Shown piece by piece: positions 10,424-22,103 of a stretch of DNA of 64,000 nucleotides; the stretch's first letter is position 1; each line of letters starts with the position of its first letter. A model generated the notes under the pieces. It searched no databases. It saw only the letters and a program-made list of their open reading frames with translations, and had not been told where the DNA came from. The translations under genes and the position numbers were made by a program. Source of the stretch: an uncultured delta proteobacterium (GTDB lineage: Bacteria > Desulfobacterota > BSN033 > UBA1163); assembly GCA_963708295.1 (NCBI GenBank), contig CAVPSJ010000012.1, positions 208,355 through 272,354 on the forward strand, in the 5' to 3' direction.

Positions 10424-10524
10424 CTCCAATAAAAAAGCCGCTACCCGAAGTTCTATCTTCGGATAGCGGCCCGACTATCCAGTGCTTTAACCTCCAGAAA
10501 TAACAAAACGTATTTCTGGACCCC
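10424..10524 (-). ncRNA. Riboswitch-like aptamer plus intrinsic terminator, copy 2 (probable DUF1646/Na+-I class)
   Basis: GGGT-[CCAGAAATA..TATTTCTGG]-AGGTTAAAGC-[ACT GGAT AGT]-CGGGCC overlapping terminator GCCGCTATCCGAAG..CTTCGGGTAGCGGC-TTTTTT; class recalled, not searched. Confidence 0.65.
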
Positions 10525-10591
10525 TGTCATATCCTTTAACAAAATGACTTACTCAAAGATGTCTTATCTTTTTTTCTTATGCTACAACCAC

Positions 10592-10691
10592 CTCCAATAA
10601 AAAAGCCGCTACCCGAAGTTTTATCTTCGGATAGCGGCCCGACTATCCAGCCTCTTAACCTCCAGAAATATTTGATATACTTCTGGACCCA
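10592..10691 (-). ncRNA. Riboswitch-like aptamer plus intrinsic terminator, copy 1 (probable DUF1646/Na+-I class)
   Basis: Near-identical to 10424-10524 at 168-bp offset; changes fall in loops/linker or keep pairing as G-U. Confidence 0.65.
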
Positions 10692-10884
10692 AAAAGAACC
10701 CTACGTTCGATATGATGGATACGATGTAGTTATCAAACTATTCCATGAATGTCAAGGATTTTTTCTTACCCGATCGCCTCGATCGAAGAAATGATCCTCC
10801 AAAGAAAGGCTTGTCTTTTTCTGAGAAAATTATATGATGATTTCTATCAACAAACCTCGTCGAGGGAATAAAAAATCAATCGGT

Positions 10885-12731
10885 ATGATTCGATCGCTTC
10901 GCAAAAAAATCTTCATTGGATACGGCATCGCCCTGGCTTTGATGGTTGTGGTCTTTGTTTGGGCCCTGGTCCATCTGCTCGACCTCGGTGAAGCGAGCGA
11001 TGCTATTTTGAGAGAAAACTATAAAAGCATTCTTGCCGCTGAAAATATGGTCTATGCCATCGAGCGACAGGACAGTGCAACCCTGCTTCTCTTTCTAGGG
11101 TACGAGGAGCAAGGCAGGAGACAGTTCCGCGAGAATGAGAGCCTCTTTTTCCAATGGTTGGCCCGGGCAAAGGATAATATTACCGTCGAAGGGGAGGAAA
11201 GAATTGTCAGCACCATTGAAAAAGAATACTCGACCTATCTGCAGCATATCTCCGGACTTCCACCTGTCTCCAAGTCCAATCTGCAGAAAAGTGCAGCCTT
11301 TTATCACGAAACCATACTCCCCTCGTTTATTTCTGTCCGGGATGCATGTATTCGTCTCCGTGAGATCAACCAGGAAACGATGTTTAAGGCCAGCGAACGG
11401 GCTCGCCACGTCGCAAAGAGAGCGATCTGGTCGATGGTCATTATCGGCAGCGCGGCCGTGGGGATCGGACTGGGATTCAGCCTTCTGCTTTCAAATCTTC
11501 TCGTCAAACCGGTTCGGCGCATGATGGAAGCGACGCAAAAGATTTCCGAGGGAAATTATGACGTGGAAATTTCAGTCGCATCCTCTGACGAATTGGGCGA
11601 TTTGACATCCGACTTTAATCAAGATGGCCAAAAAGTTGAAAGCCTATCACGACCTGAATATCGATCAAATCTTGGCAGAGAAACGAAAGAGCGATGCGAT
11701 TATTCGAAGTATCGATGACGGAATTGTCGTTGTCGACAAGGAACTCAAGGTGACCGGGATCAATCCAACAGCGGCAAGAGCACTTAGCATTGAACCGGAT
11801 CAGGTACAGAACAAGCATTTTCTTGAGGTGGTCAAGAATGAAATGTTGTTCAATTATGTGAAGCAGTCCGTTGAAACGGGCCAGCCTCCTTCCATCGAAG
11901 AGAGGAAGACGATTTTCACGATCGAAGAGGGAGAGAAACAACGGCACTACCAATTTTCGATTACACCGGTGCATGGGAAGCCCGGGTCTTTGTTGGGGGT
12001 TGTCTTGCTTTTGCGTGATGTGACCCGCCTGACGGAATTGGACCGTCTCAAAAGCGAATTTGTCATGATGGCTTCGCATGAATTGCGAACCCCTTTAACG
12101 AGCATCGGCATGAGCATCAAGCTCCTTCTCGAAAAAACCATGGAGAAACTCGACGGGAAAGAGCAGCAGCTTCTTTTGGCCGCTCATGAGGACCTGCAAA
12201 GGCTTAAAAACCTTGTGAACAACTTATTGGATCTTTCGAAAATTGAAGCAGGAAAGATGGCGATGGAGTTTGAAAACATTTCTGTTGATAGCCTCTGCCA
12301 GAACGCAATGGGTGTTTTAAAGAACCAAATCGATGCAAAAGGAGTCAACGTGACTTTGGATTTACACCCCCATCTCCCCAACGTCAAAGCAGATGCCAAT
12401 AAGATCATCTGGGTGTTGACCAACCTGATCTCCAACGCCCTGCGTTACACTGACAGCGGAGGACAGATTCGCCTTTCTGCCGAGCGGATCGGCCCCTACA
12501 TTCATGTCTCAGTCAGTCGACAACGGGCCAGGGATTCCGTTTGAAGTTCAATCCAAGATCTTTGACAAATTTGTTCAGATCAAAAGCGACAAGGCCCTTG
12601 GAGGAAGTGGTCTCGGATTAACCATCTGCAAAGAGATTATTCGTGCTCATGGCGGTACGATATGGGTAGATTCAACCCCGGGAGAAGGAAGTACCTTTAC
12701 CTTCACGCTCCCGATCGTAGAAAAATCCTAA
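10885..12731 (+). CDS. Sensor histidine kinase (periplasmic 4-helix sensor, HAMP, PAS, HisKA, HATPase), frameshifted
   Basis: ILRENYKS sensor; ASHELRTPL H-box; NLISNA, DNGPG and GSGLGL boxes across ORFs 10834-11718, 11624-12544, 12504-12731. Confidence 0.9.
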
Positions 12732-12743
12732 AAGAGGTGCTCC

Positions 12744-13437
12744 ATGATAAACAAATCCATTTTGATCGTAGATGATGAAAAAAATATTCGCCTGACTCTT
12801 TCACAAGCCCTGGAGACCTTGGGTGCAGAGATCGATACGGCAGCAAATGGAGAAGAGGCCTTAACAAAGCTCAAAGAGAAGGAAGTTTGGTTTGATCCTT
12901 TTGGATATCCGAATGCCGGGAATGGATGGGATGGAAGTTCTTCGTCGAGTTCGCGAGATCCGGCCCGATATCCGTGTCATCATGATCACGGCCTACGGGA
13001 CGGTTGAATCGGCAGTCGAAGCGATGAAACTGGGTGCGGTAGACTTCCTCCAGAAACCATTCGATCCTGAAGAGATTCGGGAATTAGTATCACGGGTGAT
13101 GGACAGAGAAAAGCTCGATGAGCATAAACTCGCAGATTATGCATCTCACCTCGAACTTGCAAAGAAATGCATCGGAGATCGTCATTTCGATGCAGCCCTC
13201 GAACATGTGCGCAAGGCTGTCTTTATCGATCCCGGACGACCGGAAGCCTTTAATCTTCTGGGTGCTCTGATGGAGATCCAAGGGGACAGAGCCGAAGCCC
13301 AGAAGAACTACCGGGCGGCCCTTTCGCTTGATCCCTCCTATGAACCCGCCATCCAGAACCTCCATCGATCAACCACCGGAAAATGGAGACAGGCAGGAGG
13401 AATTCTTCTCGAGGAGCCTAAAAAGGAAGAAAAATAG
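12744..13437 (+). CDS. Response regulator: receiver plus TPR, no DNA-binding domain; frameshifted
   Basis: ILIVDDE, LLDIRMPGMDG, FLQKPFD; C-terminal TPR (PEAFNLLGAL...YRAALSLDPSY). Confidence 0.88.
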
Positions 13438-13442
13438 ATGGT

Positions 13443-15494
13443 TTATTTGACAGACCATATTTTGACCCATCTTGCCGCAGCAAGGGCCGAGAGATTGGAT
13501 ACCACTCCCAAAAGACGGCGTTGATCAAGCAGAAGATTCTTAAAATCGTACTCAATGCCGATCACTCCGATAATCTCCTCAAGCGATTTCATGGGTATGA
13601 AAAAGACTCTAATGTCTGGCAGCGTTTGGGTACCCGCACCCGCAGGTTCGCCGTGGGCGTACGTCCACTCCGCAACCGCCATCTCGTTAGTCGTGAGATC
13701 AATTTCAGGGTTGACTTCGAGCCCAAACCTGCAGCCTCCCGTCTTGGCCGCTGAAAAGGACAAAAGAGCGGTGCATCCACGATCTTCGAGAGATACTTGA
13801 TCGCAATATGGCTGATGTGATCAAGAACCGTCGTACGAAAAAGTGTTAAAACATTTTTCCATTCGCTTGAATTCTGAACAAGCCCCCCGACGAATTGTTC
13901 AACGGGGGGAAGCATCAAAAATTCTTTGCTCATCTCTTCGATGAGGGTAATCCGCCTGATACGAAGTTGCAGAAGAAGGTTTTGCCGTTTCGTTATTTTG
14001 ACAAGTTGTCCGATGATGATCGAGGTGAGGAAAAAGACCATGACATTGATGATGTCATGGGGATGATGCATGCTGAAGCTATATCTTGGTTCGGTAAAGA
14101 AAAAATCGAAGGTAAGCAGGCTGATGATGGAGGAAAACAAGGAAGGCCCGGTGCCGAAAAGGAGGGCACTGGCAATCGTTGCGATCAGATAGATATAAAC
14201 CAGGGATATGGGATTGATAAAATTCTGAAGGAAAAAGTTCAACAAGGTAACACCGACGACCATAAGAACAGTGAGCAAGTAATCCTTGGGATCGAGCACA
14301 AGTTGTCTGGGAGTGGGTCTTGCCTCTATCTCTCTTTTTTCAACGGTTGGCGTGATGAGATGGAGCTCAAATTCGCTCGGGGTGTGCAGAAGGCGTGACG
14401 CGGGCGAGCCTTTCCAGAATCCCAATAGCATGGAATGGAGGGGCTTACCGATCACGATATGGTTAATATTATACTCACGGGCAAAACGAAGGATCTCACT
14501 CGCTACGTCTGTTCCGGAAAGAGTCACAATTTTTGCCCCCAATTCCTCGGCAAGATTCAATGCCTCAGCGATATAAGCCTTATCTTTATCCGACATCTCT
14601 TTCAGGGCGGGTGTAGAGACATAGGCAGCATACCATTCCGCATGGGCATCTTTGGCGATGCTGTATCCTTTGCGGAGAAGCTGTTTTGCATACGGACTTG
14701 GCGCAATACATACCATCAATCTTTCGCCCGCCGGCCAGGGGCCGGAAATCGCCTTCGCCCTCATATAGTTCAAAAGTTCAGTGTCCATTTTGCGAGCGGC
14801 GTGGGTGAGCGTCAGCTCGCGGAGGGCGACGAGATTGCCTCGCTGGAAAAAGTTCTGCATCGCCCGTTCCGCCTGCCTGGGAATGTATACTTTTCCTTCT
14901 TTCAGCCGCTCAAAGAGTTCTTCCAGGGGGATATCGATGACCTGAACTTCGTCTGCCCGATCCAGAAAAGTATCGGGCAATGTCTCTTGCATACGTATCC
15001 CCGTGATCTTTTCGACGACGTCGTTGAGGCTTTCAAAGTGCTGGACGTTCATCGTTGTATAAACATCAATGCCGCTGTCGAGCAATTCTTCAACATCCCG
15101 ATATCGTTTGGGATGGCGGCTCCCGGGGCATTGGTGTGTGCAAGTTCATCGACCAGGACCACGGCAGGCCGCCGCGATAGAATGGCGTCGAGGTCCAATT
15201 CTTCAAGGACGATCCCTTGATATTCCACACGCCGTCGTGGAATCATTTCCAGATCTTTGAGTAATGCCTCCGTTTCAGAGCGGCCATGCGTCTCTACAAT
15301 GCCCACCACCACGTCTTCGCCGCGCTTCTTCAAGACATGAGCTTCATTGAGCATGGTATAGGTCTTTCCGACGCCGGGCGCATAGCCCAGAAATATCTTT
15401 AACCTTCCCCTTTTTTCTTCCTCGCGCTGAACTTCCTTTAAGAGGGCGTCCGGATCCGGTCGTGAATGGATCTTTAAGCTGTATTAACTTTCAT
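13443..15494 (-). CDS. kdpD: KdpD-like sensor (KdpD N-domain, Usp, DUF4118 TM, partial GAF) lacking the kinase core; frameshifted
   Basis: RGRLKIFLGYAPGVGKTY, VDELAHTN, TTMNVQHFESLND, FDFFFTEPRYSF; no H-box or HATPase before the stop; start approximate. Confidence 0.88.
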
Positions 15495-15649
15495 CTCTTA
15501 GGACTGCCCCCATGGGTTTCGATTGCGCATTTCAAACGATTCCACCATAGCTGCCGGGTTACTCTCCAACCACCCCACCGCTCTCCCGCGGGGGTCATAA
15601 GCACGAACTTCACTCTCTCTGCCTTTCAGAGAGGAGTTTTCTTAATTCC

Positions 15650-15687
15650 TCTCCCTTCAAGGGGGAGGTTGGGAGGGGGATGGGGTT
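15650..15687. repeat. REP-like hairpin flanking the DUF559 gene
   Basis: CTCCCTTCAAGGGGGAGGTTGGGAGGGGGATGGGG; inverted copy at 16153-16192 and further copies at 46538-46626. Confidence 0.7.
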
Positions 15688-15920
15688 GCAGCTCCTGAAC
15701 TAATATCCAAATCTTCTCTTTTACCGACTCCATCTCATGAAGAACCTCATTGTTCCATAATCTGAGAACGCGAAAACCAGCCGCCTGCAGTTTTTGTGTG
15801 CGATTTTCGTCATATGATACCTGCTCTCCATGTTGTCCCCCATCTACCTCAATTACCAGCTTGTTTTCCAGGCACACAAAATCGAGGATGTAGTCACCAA
15901 ATGCATGTTGACGGCGAAAT

Positions 15921-16022
15921 TGAAGCTCCCCGCACACAAGGCGGGGGCTTCCGGTAAGGTATTATCATTCATATTGTGCTCCTTCATTCCGCCTGCTCGG
16001 CGGGCCTTCGGGACACGCTCCG
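15921..16022 (-). mobile_element. Non-autonomous IS200/IS605-type palindromic element (PATE-like), copy 1
   Basis: Similar to 39951-40053; minus strand follows TTGAC and ends GAAGCCCCCGCC..GCGGGGAGCTTCA; no target duplication. Confidence 0.75.
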
Positions 16023-16152
16023 GTCAAACCACAAACTTGACGACCTCGCAGAAGTTGCGACAAAGCCTGTTCCGCGTCAGACATATTGTTACGCAACGCC
16101 CGTTGCAGTTTGGCCAACCGTATCTTTTTGTTTGTCTGGCCAATCACAATCT

Positions 16153-16192
16153 ACCCCATCCCCTCCCCACCCCTCTCCTTGAAGGAGAGGGA
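16153..16192. repeat. REP-like hairpin flanking the DUF559 gene (inverted copy)
   Basis: ACCCCATCCCTCCCCACCCTCTCCTTGAAGGAGAGGGA. Confidence 0.65.
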
Positions 16193-16271
16193 ACATTAAG
16201 TTAGCGCTTATGCCCGTCGAGGGGAAAAGAGGACCATTGGAGCTCATTTTACAGAAATTGTGCTTTTAAGT

Positions 16272-16857
16272 CTATTTGCTCTTCCTTGATGCCTCATCCA
16301 GTGCCAGGTTCAATTCGAGAACGTTGACCCGTGGCTCACCCAAGACGCCGAATTGTCTTCCCTCGGTGTGTTCTTGTACAAGTTGTTTCACTTTGTCTTC
16401 GCTCATTCGGCGTTCGCGGGCAACCCGTGGAATCTGAAAATCAGCCGCTGCCGGGCTGATGTGCGGGTCAAGTCCGGATCCGGAAGAAGTGATGAGGTCG
16501 ATCGGGATCTCTACGTTGGGATTTTCAGTGCGCAATTGTTTTGAACGCTCTCTCACCTGCTCCTCAAAAAGCTGCTTACTTGTCGGCCCGAGATTCGTGC
16601 CGCCCGAAGCGGTCGCATCGTAACCGGAACCGGCTGCAGAAGGCCGCGAGTGGAAATACCCTGGACCTTTGAAAGGTTGCCCAATCAAACGAGATCCGAT
16701 CACCTTCCCTTCTCTCTCAATAAGACTCCCACGAGCTTTTTCCTTAAAGAGTAACGTCTGATAACCCGGTCATAACGAACGGGTAAATGATTCCCACAAG
16801 CACTGTGAGTACTATTGTTAATGCAACAGCCGGGTAGATTTGCTTCGACAAATTCAT
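16272..16857 (-). CDS. kdpC: K+-transporting ATPase subunit C, frameshifted near 16750
   Basis: [43 protein letters not shown]. Confidence 0.95.
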
Positions 16858-16870
16858 TTGATTTCCCCCA

Positions 16871-19008
16871 TCACACCAACCCAACAAGGTAACAATGACA
16901 TCGATCATCTTAATTCCTACGAAGGGAATCACAATGCCGCCAAATCCGTAGAGGAGCAGGTTGCGCCTGAGCACCACCGCCGCCCCCAAGGGGCGATATT
17001 TGATCCCCCGTAAAGCCAGAGGAATCAGTGCAACAATGATCAGCGCGTTGAAAATCACCGCTGACAAAATGGCCGACTCCGGTGTGGCTAACTGCATGAT
17101 GTTAAGCGCAGAAAGAGGCCCGCTCTTTGCGCCAATCGCCATGTATAATGTTGAAAACATGGCCGGGATGATGGCAAAGTATTTAGACACATCATTGGCA
17201 ATGGAAAACGTCGTAAGCGCACCACGTGTCATCAGAAGTTGCTTGCCAATCTCAACGATCTCGATGAGCTTTGTGGGATTCGAATCGAGATCGACCATGT
17301 TCCCAGCCTCTTTAGCCGCCATCGTCCCGGTGTTCATCGCCACGCCAACATCCGCCTGAGCAAGAGCCGGAGCATCATTCGTACCATCGCCGGTCATCGC
17401 CACAAGCTTCCCCTGAGCCTGTTCGCGACGGATGAGATCCATTTTGTCTTGCGGCTTTCGCCTCTGCGAGAAAATCATCTACTCCCGCTTCACCGGCAAT
17501 GGCTGCTGCGGTCAAAGGATTATCCCCTGTAATCATGACGGTTTTAATCCCCATTTTTCTCAGTTGCACGAACCGCTCTCGCATCCCTCCCTTTACAATG
17601 TCCTTCAGGTGGATCACGCCGAGCATGCGATTCCGATCGCCAACAACCAGGGGTGTCCCACCGGACTTCGAGATGCGTCCAATAATTTCTCTCAGCTCAG
17701 GCGGCTCAGTTCCTCCTTGAGAACTAACGAATGAGATTATCGCATCAGGGGCACCCTTCCGGATCGAGCGCCCCCCGATGTCAACTCCCGACATCCGGGT
17801 GTGCGCGCTGAAGGGGATGAACTGCGCCTCTGTGGACGACAGCTCCCGTCCTCGCAGTCCATACTTTGTCTTTGCCAGAACCACGATCGAGCGGCCTTCC
17901 GGGGTTTCGTCCGACAAACTCGACAGCTGGGTTGCGTCTGCCATTTCCTTCTCTGTCACTCCAGGAAGCGGAATGAATTCAGTGGCCTGCCGGTTGCCAA
18001 GGGTAATCGTGCCCGTCTTATCCAGAAGCAAGGTGTTTACATCGCCCGCGGCCTCAACTGACCGGCCTGACATGGCGAGCACATTGTGTTGAATCAGTCG
18101 ATCCATCCCTGCGATGCCGATGGCCGAAAGCAGCCCTCCAATCGTGGTCGGGATCAAGCAAACGAGCAATGCCACCAGCACCGTAATCGAAGGCGGCAAA
18201 GCCCGTACAAAACTACCCGCCGCATTTGAGGCTCGAACGCTGTAAATGGCATACGGCAGCAGTGTTGCGACTGCCAGGACAAAAATGATCGTGAGCCCGG
18301 CCAGCAATATATTGAGTGCGATCTCGTTCGGCGTCTTTTGCCGTTCTGCACCCTCCACCAGTGCGATCATACGATCCAGGAAGGTGTCCCCGGGATTCGA
18401 TCGGATCCGCACCTTGATCCAATCTGAAATCACTGTTGTTCCGCCCGTGACTGCCGAGCGGTCTCCCCCTGCTTCGCGAATGACAGGCGCACTTTCGCCG
18501 GTGATGGCCGATTCATCTACCGATGCAACACCCTCAATGACGTCTCCATCCCCCGGGATTACTTCTCCAGCTCGGACCAGCACAACATCGCCCTTTCGTA
18601 GGTTCGTCGCAGGGACGCGTTCGGTCTTAACCTGTTCTACCCCCTTACCGATATCCCCCCCAATATTCCCAATAATGAGGTTGGCCAGGGTTTCAGTCTT
18701 CGCTTTGCGAAGCGTATCAGCCTGCGCCTTTCCACGACCTTCGGCCATAGCTTCCGCAAAATTGGCAAAAAGCACGGTGAACCAGAGCCACAAGCGTTAC
18801 CTGTATCGTGAAAAGCAAGGTGGCCAGTATTGCCGATAGCAATATCCCGAAAAATGAGTAACGTCGTGAGCACGCTGCCTATCTCAACGACGAACATCAC
18901 CGGATTGCGCGCAACCTGCCGCGGGTCCAACTTCCTGATCGCATCCTTAATGGCCCGCTTCACGATGGGCGGGTCGAAAAGAGGTCTCTTCTGTGTTTTT
19001 CTTGCCAT
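16871..19008 (-). CDS. kdpB: K+-transporting ATPase subunit B, frameshifted
   Basis: [21 protein letters not shown] phosphorylation motif, [14 protein letters not shown]. Confidence 0.97.
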
Positions 19009-19172
19009 ATCGTTCTCGTATCTTTAGGCGTCTCCTTCAATCTGCAATTCATCTCCCCATTCAGAGGAACACTCCAACCTAAATCCAGATGAAAAAATTA
19101 ACCCCAAACTCAGTGCGGAATACAAGGCGTGTAAGTCATCACGGAGCTATAGATCTAGTTCTGAATTAGGGT

Positions 19173-20964
19173 TCAAAACATCATTCCCAGCTCCATCAAA
19201 AAATGTTCTACGATCGGGCCAAGGGAAAGCATCGGGAAAAAAGTGAGCGCGCCAACGATCAGTATGACACCGATCAGCAACACCACAAACAGGGGTGTAT
19301 GAACTGGGAACGTGCCCGCTGAAGGGGGAACGATCTTTTTGGTCGCCAGATTGCCCGCAATGGCCATCATCGGAATGATCATCAGAAATCGCCCGACCAG
19401 CATTGCGAGTCCTATCGTGATGTTATACCAGAGGGTGTTTGCATTGAGCCCTGCAAAAGCCGACCCATTATTGCCTGTGCCCGAGACGAAGGCGTAAACG
19501 ATTTCCGAGAGCCCATGAGGTCCAGCGTTGTTCACTTTCGATGCCCCGTAGCCCGCAACGCTTGACCAGGCAGAAAAACCGAGAATCGAAAATGCAAAGA
19601 CAAGCACGTAGAGCATGGCCATCTTGACATCTTTCGCTTCGATCTTTTTGCCCAGGTACTCTGGAGTCCGTCCGACCATCAACCCCGCAATAAAGACCGT
19701 TAGCACAATCATCACCAACATTCCGTACATTCCCGCGCCCACACCGCCAAAAATAATCTCGCCAAGCATGATGTTCAGGAGCGGTATCATCCCACCCAAC
19801 GGGGTAAATGAATCGTGCATCGAGTTTACCGCACCGCACGAGGCGTCGGTCGTGATGGTTGCAAAAAGCGCTGAATTCACGATGCCGAAGCGAACCTCTT
19901 TCCCTTCCATGTTGCCACCGGCCTGCTGTCCGCCATCCGCTTCGCTTGCCGCTTGCGTCACTCCGTGTTGGTTAAAAATCGGATTGCCGCGGGCTTCGAA
20001 GTAATAGGCGGTGAAAAAACCCGCCAGGAAAAGGATCGCCATGGCAGAAAAGACTGCCCAGCCATGCTTCTGATTGCCGGTCATCCGGCCAAGCGTATAC
20101 GTTAAACCCGATGAAATGGCGAAGATGGCGATCAGCTCCAAGAAATTCGAAAACGGTGTCGGGTTCTCAAAGGGGTGGGCTGAGTTGGCATTGAAGAAAC
20201 CGCCACCATTCGTCCCTAATTCCTTGATGATCTCTTGTGATGCAACAGGGCCTTGAGCGATGGTCTGAACCGTCACGGTTTCAACAGTCTTTTGGCCACG
20301 ATCATCTGTCTTTTCCACTTGCTGCGGCTCGACGAGTGTGGCTTTGTGTGTACGGGCTGAAGTTCTGGACCACTCCTTGAGAGACCAGCAGAAGTGCCCC
20401 GATAATACAAAACGGAAGCAACACATAAAGCGTTGTGCGGGTGAGATCAACCCAGAAATTACCAAGGGTCTTTGCTTCACGCCGTGCAATGCCCCGAATG
20501 AAAGCGATTGCAAGCACAATTCCGGTGGCTGCGGAAACGAAATTATGGAAGGCCAGCCCTGCCATTTGAACCAGGTAGCTCATCGTGGATTCACCCGAGT
20601 AGGCCTGCCAATTCGTATTGGTAGTGAAACTCGAGGCCGTGTTGAACGCCAGATCCGGCGCCACGCCAGAGAACCCTTGGGGATTGAGCGGCAGATAGTA
20701 TTGAAGCCGTTGAAGCCCATAAAGGACAAGCAAGCCTACCAGGCTGAACATCAGCATGGCCGCAGTATAAGTTGTCCAGTGTTGCTCCTCGTGCTCATCG
20801 ATGCGGCATATGCGATAAATCAATCGCTCTAAAGGACCGAGCACCCTACCCAGGAACGTCTTTTCTCCAGAAAATATCCTGGTCATGTAGATCCCAAGCG
20901 GCTTGGTCAGGGCAAGCAAAACCAGAAAGTAAATCCCGAGCTGCAAAAATCCGTTAAGGGTCAT
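19173..20964 (-). CDS. kdpA: K+-transporting ATPase subunit A, frameshifted near 20340
   Basis: [48 protein letters not shown]. Confidence 0.97.
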
Positions 20965-20989
20965 CTTGTGTTCCCTCCAGGGGACTGAT

Positions 20990-21079
20990 TCAAAACTTCT
21001 CAGGTCTGAGCAGGGCATATGTCAGATAGACAAGCAGCCCAAGACCAATGATCCCGCTGATGATATATTCCCAATTCAC
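20990..21079 (-). CDS. kdpF: KdpF small subunit (29 aa)
   Basis: GTG start; MNWEYIISGIIGLGLLVYLTYALLRPEKF*, with the typical YL..ALL.PEKF end. Confidence 0.9.
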   Translation of the reverse strand: MNWEYIISGIIGLGLLVYLTYALLRPEKF

Positions 21080-21092
21080 GTTCTACCCCCTG

Positions 21093-21176
21093 TCACAATC
21101 GATCACAGACGCGGACATACCAGAATGACAATCCAAAAAAAACCAAAACCAATACGAAAAAAATGAGGTCAAACAT
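21093..21176 (-). CDS. kdp-associated hydrophobic peptide (27 aa)
   Basis: MFDLIFFVLVLVFFGLSFWYVRVCDRL*, directly upstream of kdpF. Confidence 0.75.
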   Translation of the reverse strand: MFDLIFFVLVLVFFGLSFWYVRVCDRL

Positions 21177-21225
21177 TTCAATACCCTCTCAATTATTGAA
21201 ACTCGATTGATTGGTCTCCTGAAAT

Positions 21226-22103
21226 CTAAAAACTGTAAAGAAACCTCAACCAAGTTTGAAAGCCCTTGGGTCCGTTTTCCGACATGATATCTGGAACAAA
21301 TCGAAAATGGACGGCCCATTTTTCAGTGCCATAGGTGATGCTGGGGCCAATCGAAAAGAATTTTCTTTTGCTATCATCGACCCTTGTTCCGTCGACTTTT
21401 GTATCTCTGACATCCTCCCAATAGTCCGCGTAGACCCCAGCCCTCCATTTATCGGTGATTCCATACCCAAGAATTCCTTCTATCTCAAGGGAGTCCCCCG
21501 CCCGAATATCCAGACGAGGTTCTTTGAATCGCTGAAAATAGTTGATGTTCATGTCGTAACTAACCTTACCTTTCCAGAGAAGTTGGGCAAAGGACAATTG
21601 GTGTTCGAAGATACCAATAATGAAGTCCTAAGTTAGGTCCTCCTTGAAGGGCACGGCCTTCAGACCAATTTCCTGTTGGCATACTGACGACTTCCCAGAA
21701 AGAGAGGAAGGTTCCCGTCTGATTGTTCTCGTATAAGATAAATCCCTGGACTGACGGTGATATCACCAAGCCCGCTGCTTCTCTCTTTTTCGCCCAGGCT
21801 ATTCCTTGAACTGACTGTTCCAAAAGGGATGGAGGCATTGACAGAGAATGTTCTATCCCAGAGTTTGAAGTAATAGGCTGGTTTTAATGTTCCTACGTTG
21901 TAGGAAAGATCCAGATCTGAGACCTTTTTGCCGGTGTGATCGGTCAATCGGCCTGCAGTATAATTGTTGTAATACAGGTACCCGTAGAACCCGGGAGGAT
22001 TCGCCACGTTGTCCTGAAAGTCGAGTACGGTCGCCTGAACCGGAAACACAAAGCAAAAGACCAAAAAAATCATTATTGAGTAAATCCATTCTTCTCTTTT
22101 CAT
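21226..22103 (-). CDS. Putative outer-membrane beta-barrel (Phenol_MetA_deg/SphA-like), frameshifted
   Basis: Signal peptide, PPGFYGYLY, SSGLGDITVSP, PTG.W, C-terminal WLRFLYSF. Confidence 0.75.

Larger units (their letters stand above)
15626..16147 (-). pseudogene. DUF559 (Vsr-like endonuclease) gene interrupted by a 102-bp insertion
   Basis: RALRNNMSDAEQAL...LRGRQ / FRRQHAFGDYILDFVC..KLVIEVDGGQH...GFRVLRLWNNEV; the insert adds a stop. Confidence 0.85.

Noticed and set aside
10424-10691. CRISPR array
   Set aside because: Only two ~100-nt units ending in terminators, with no spacer periodicity and no cas genes
10727-10755. sigma70 promoter for the tandem riboswitch leader
   Set aside because: Perfect TTGACA but only a poor -10 at allowed spacing; not supportable as a feature
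19009-19172. Unusually long kdpA-kdpB spacer
   Set aside because: No convincing ORF, repeat or structure found
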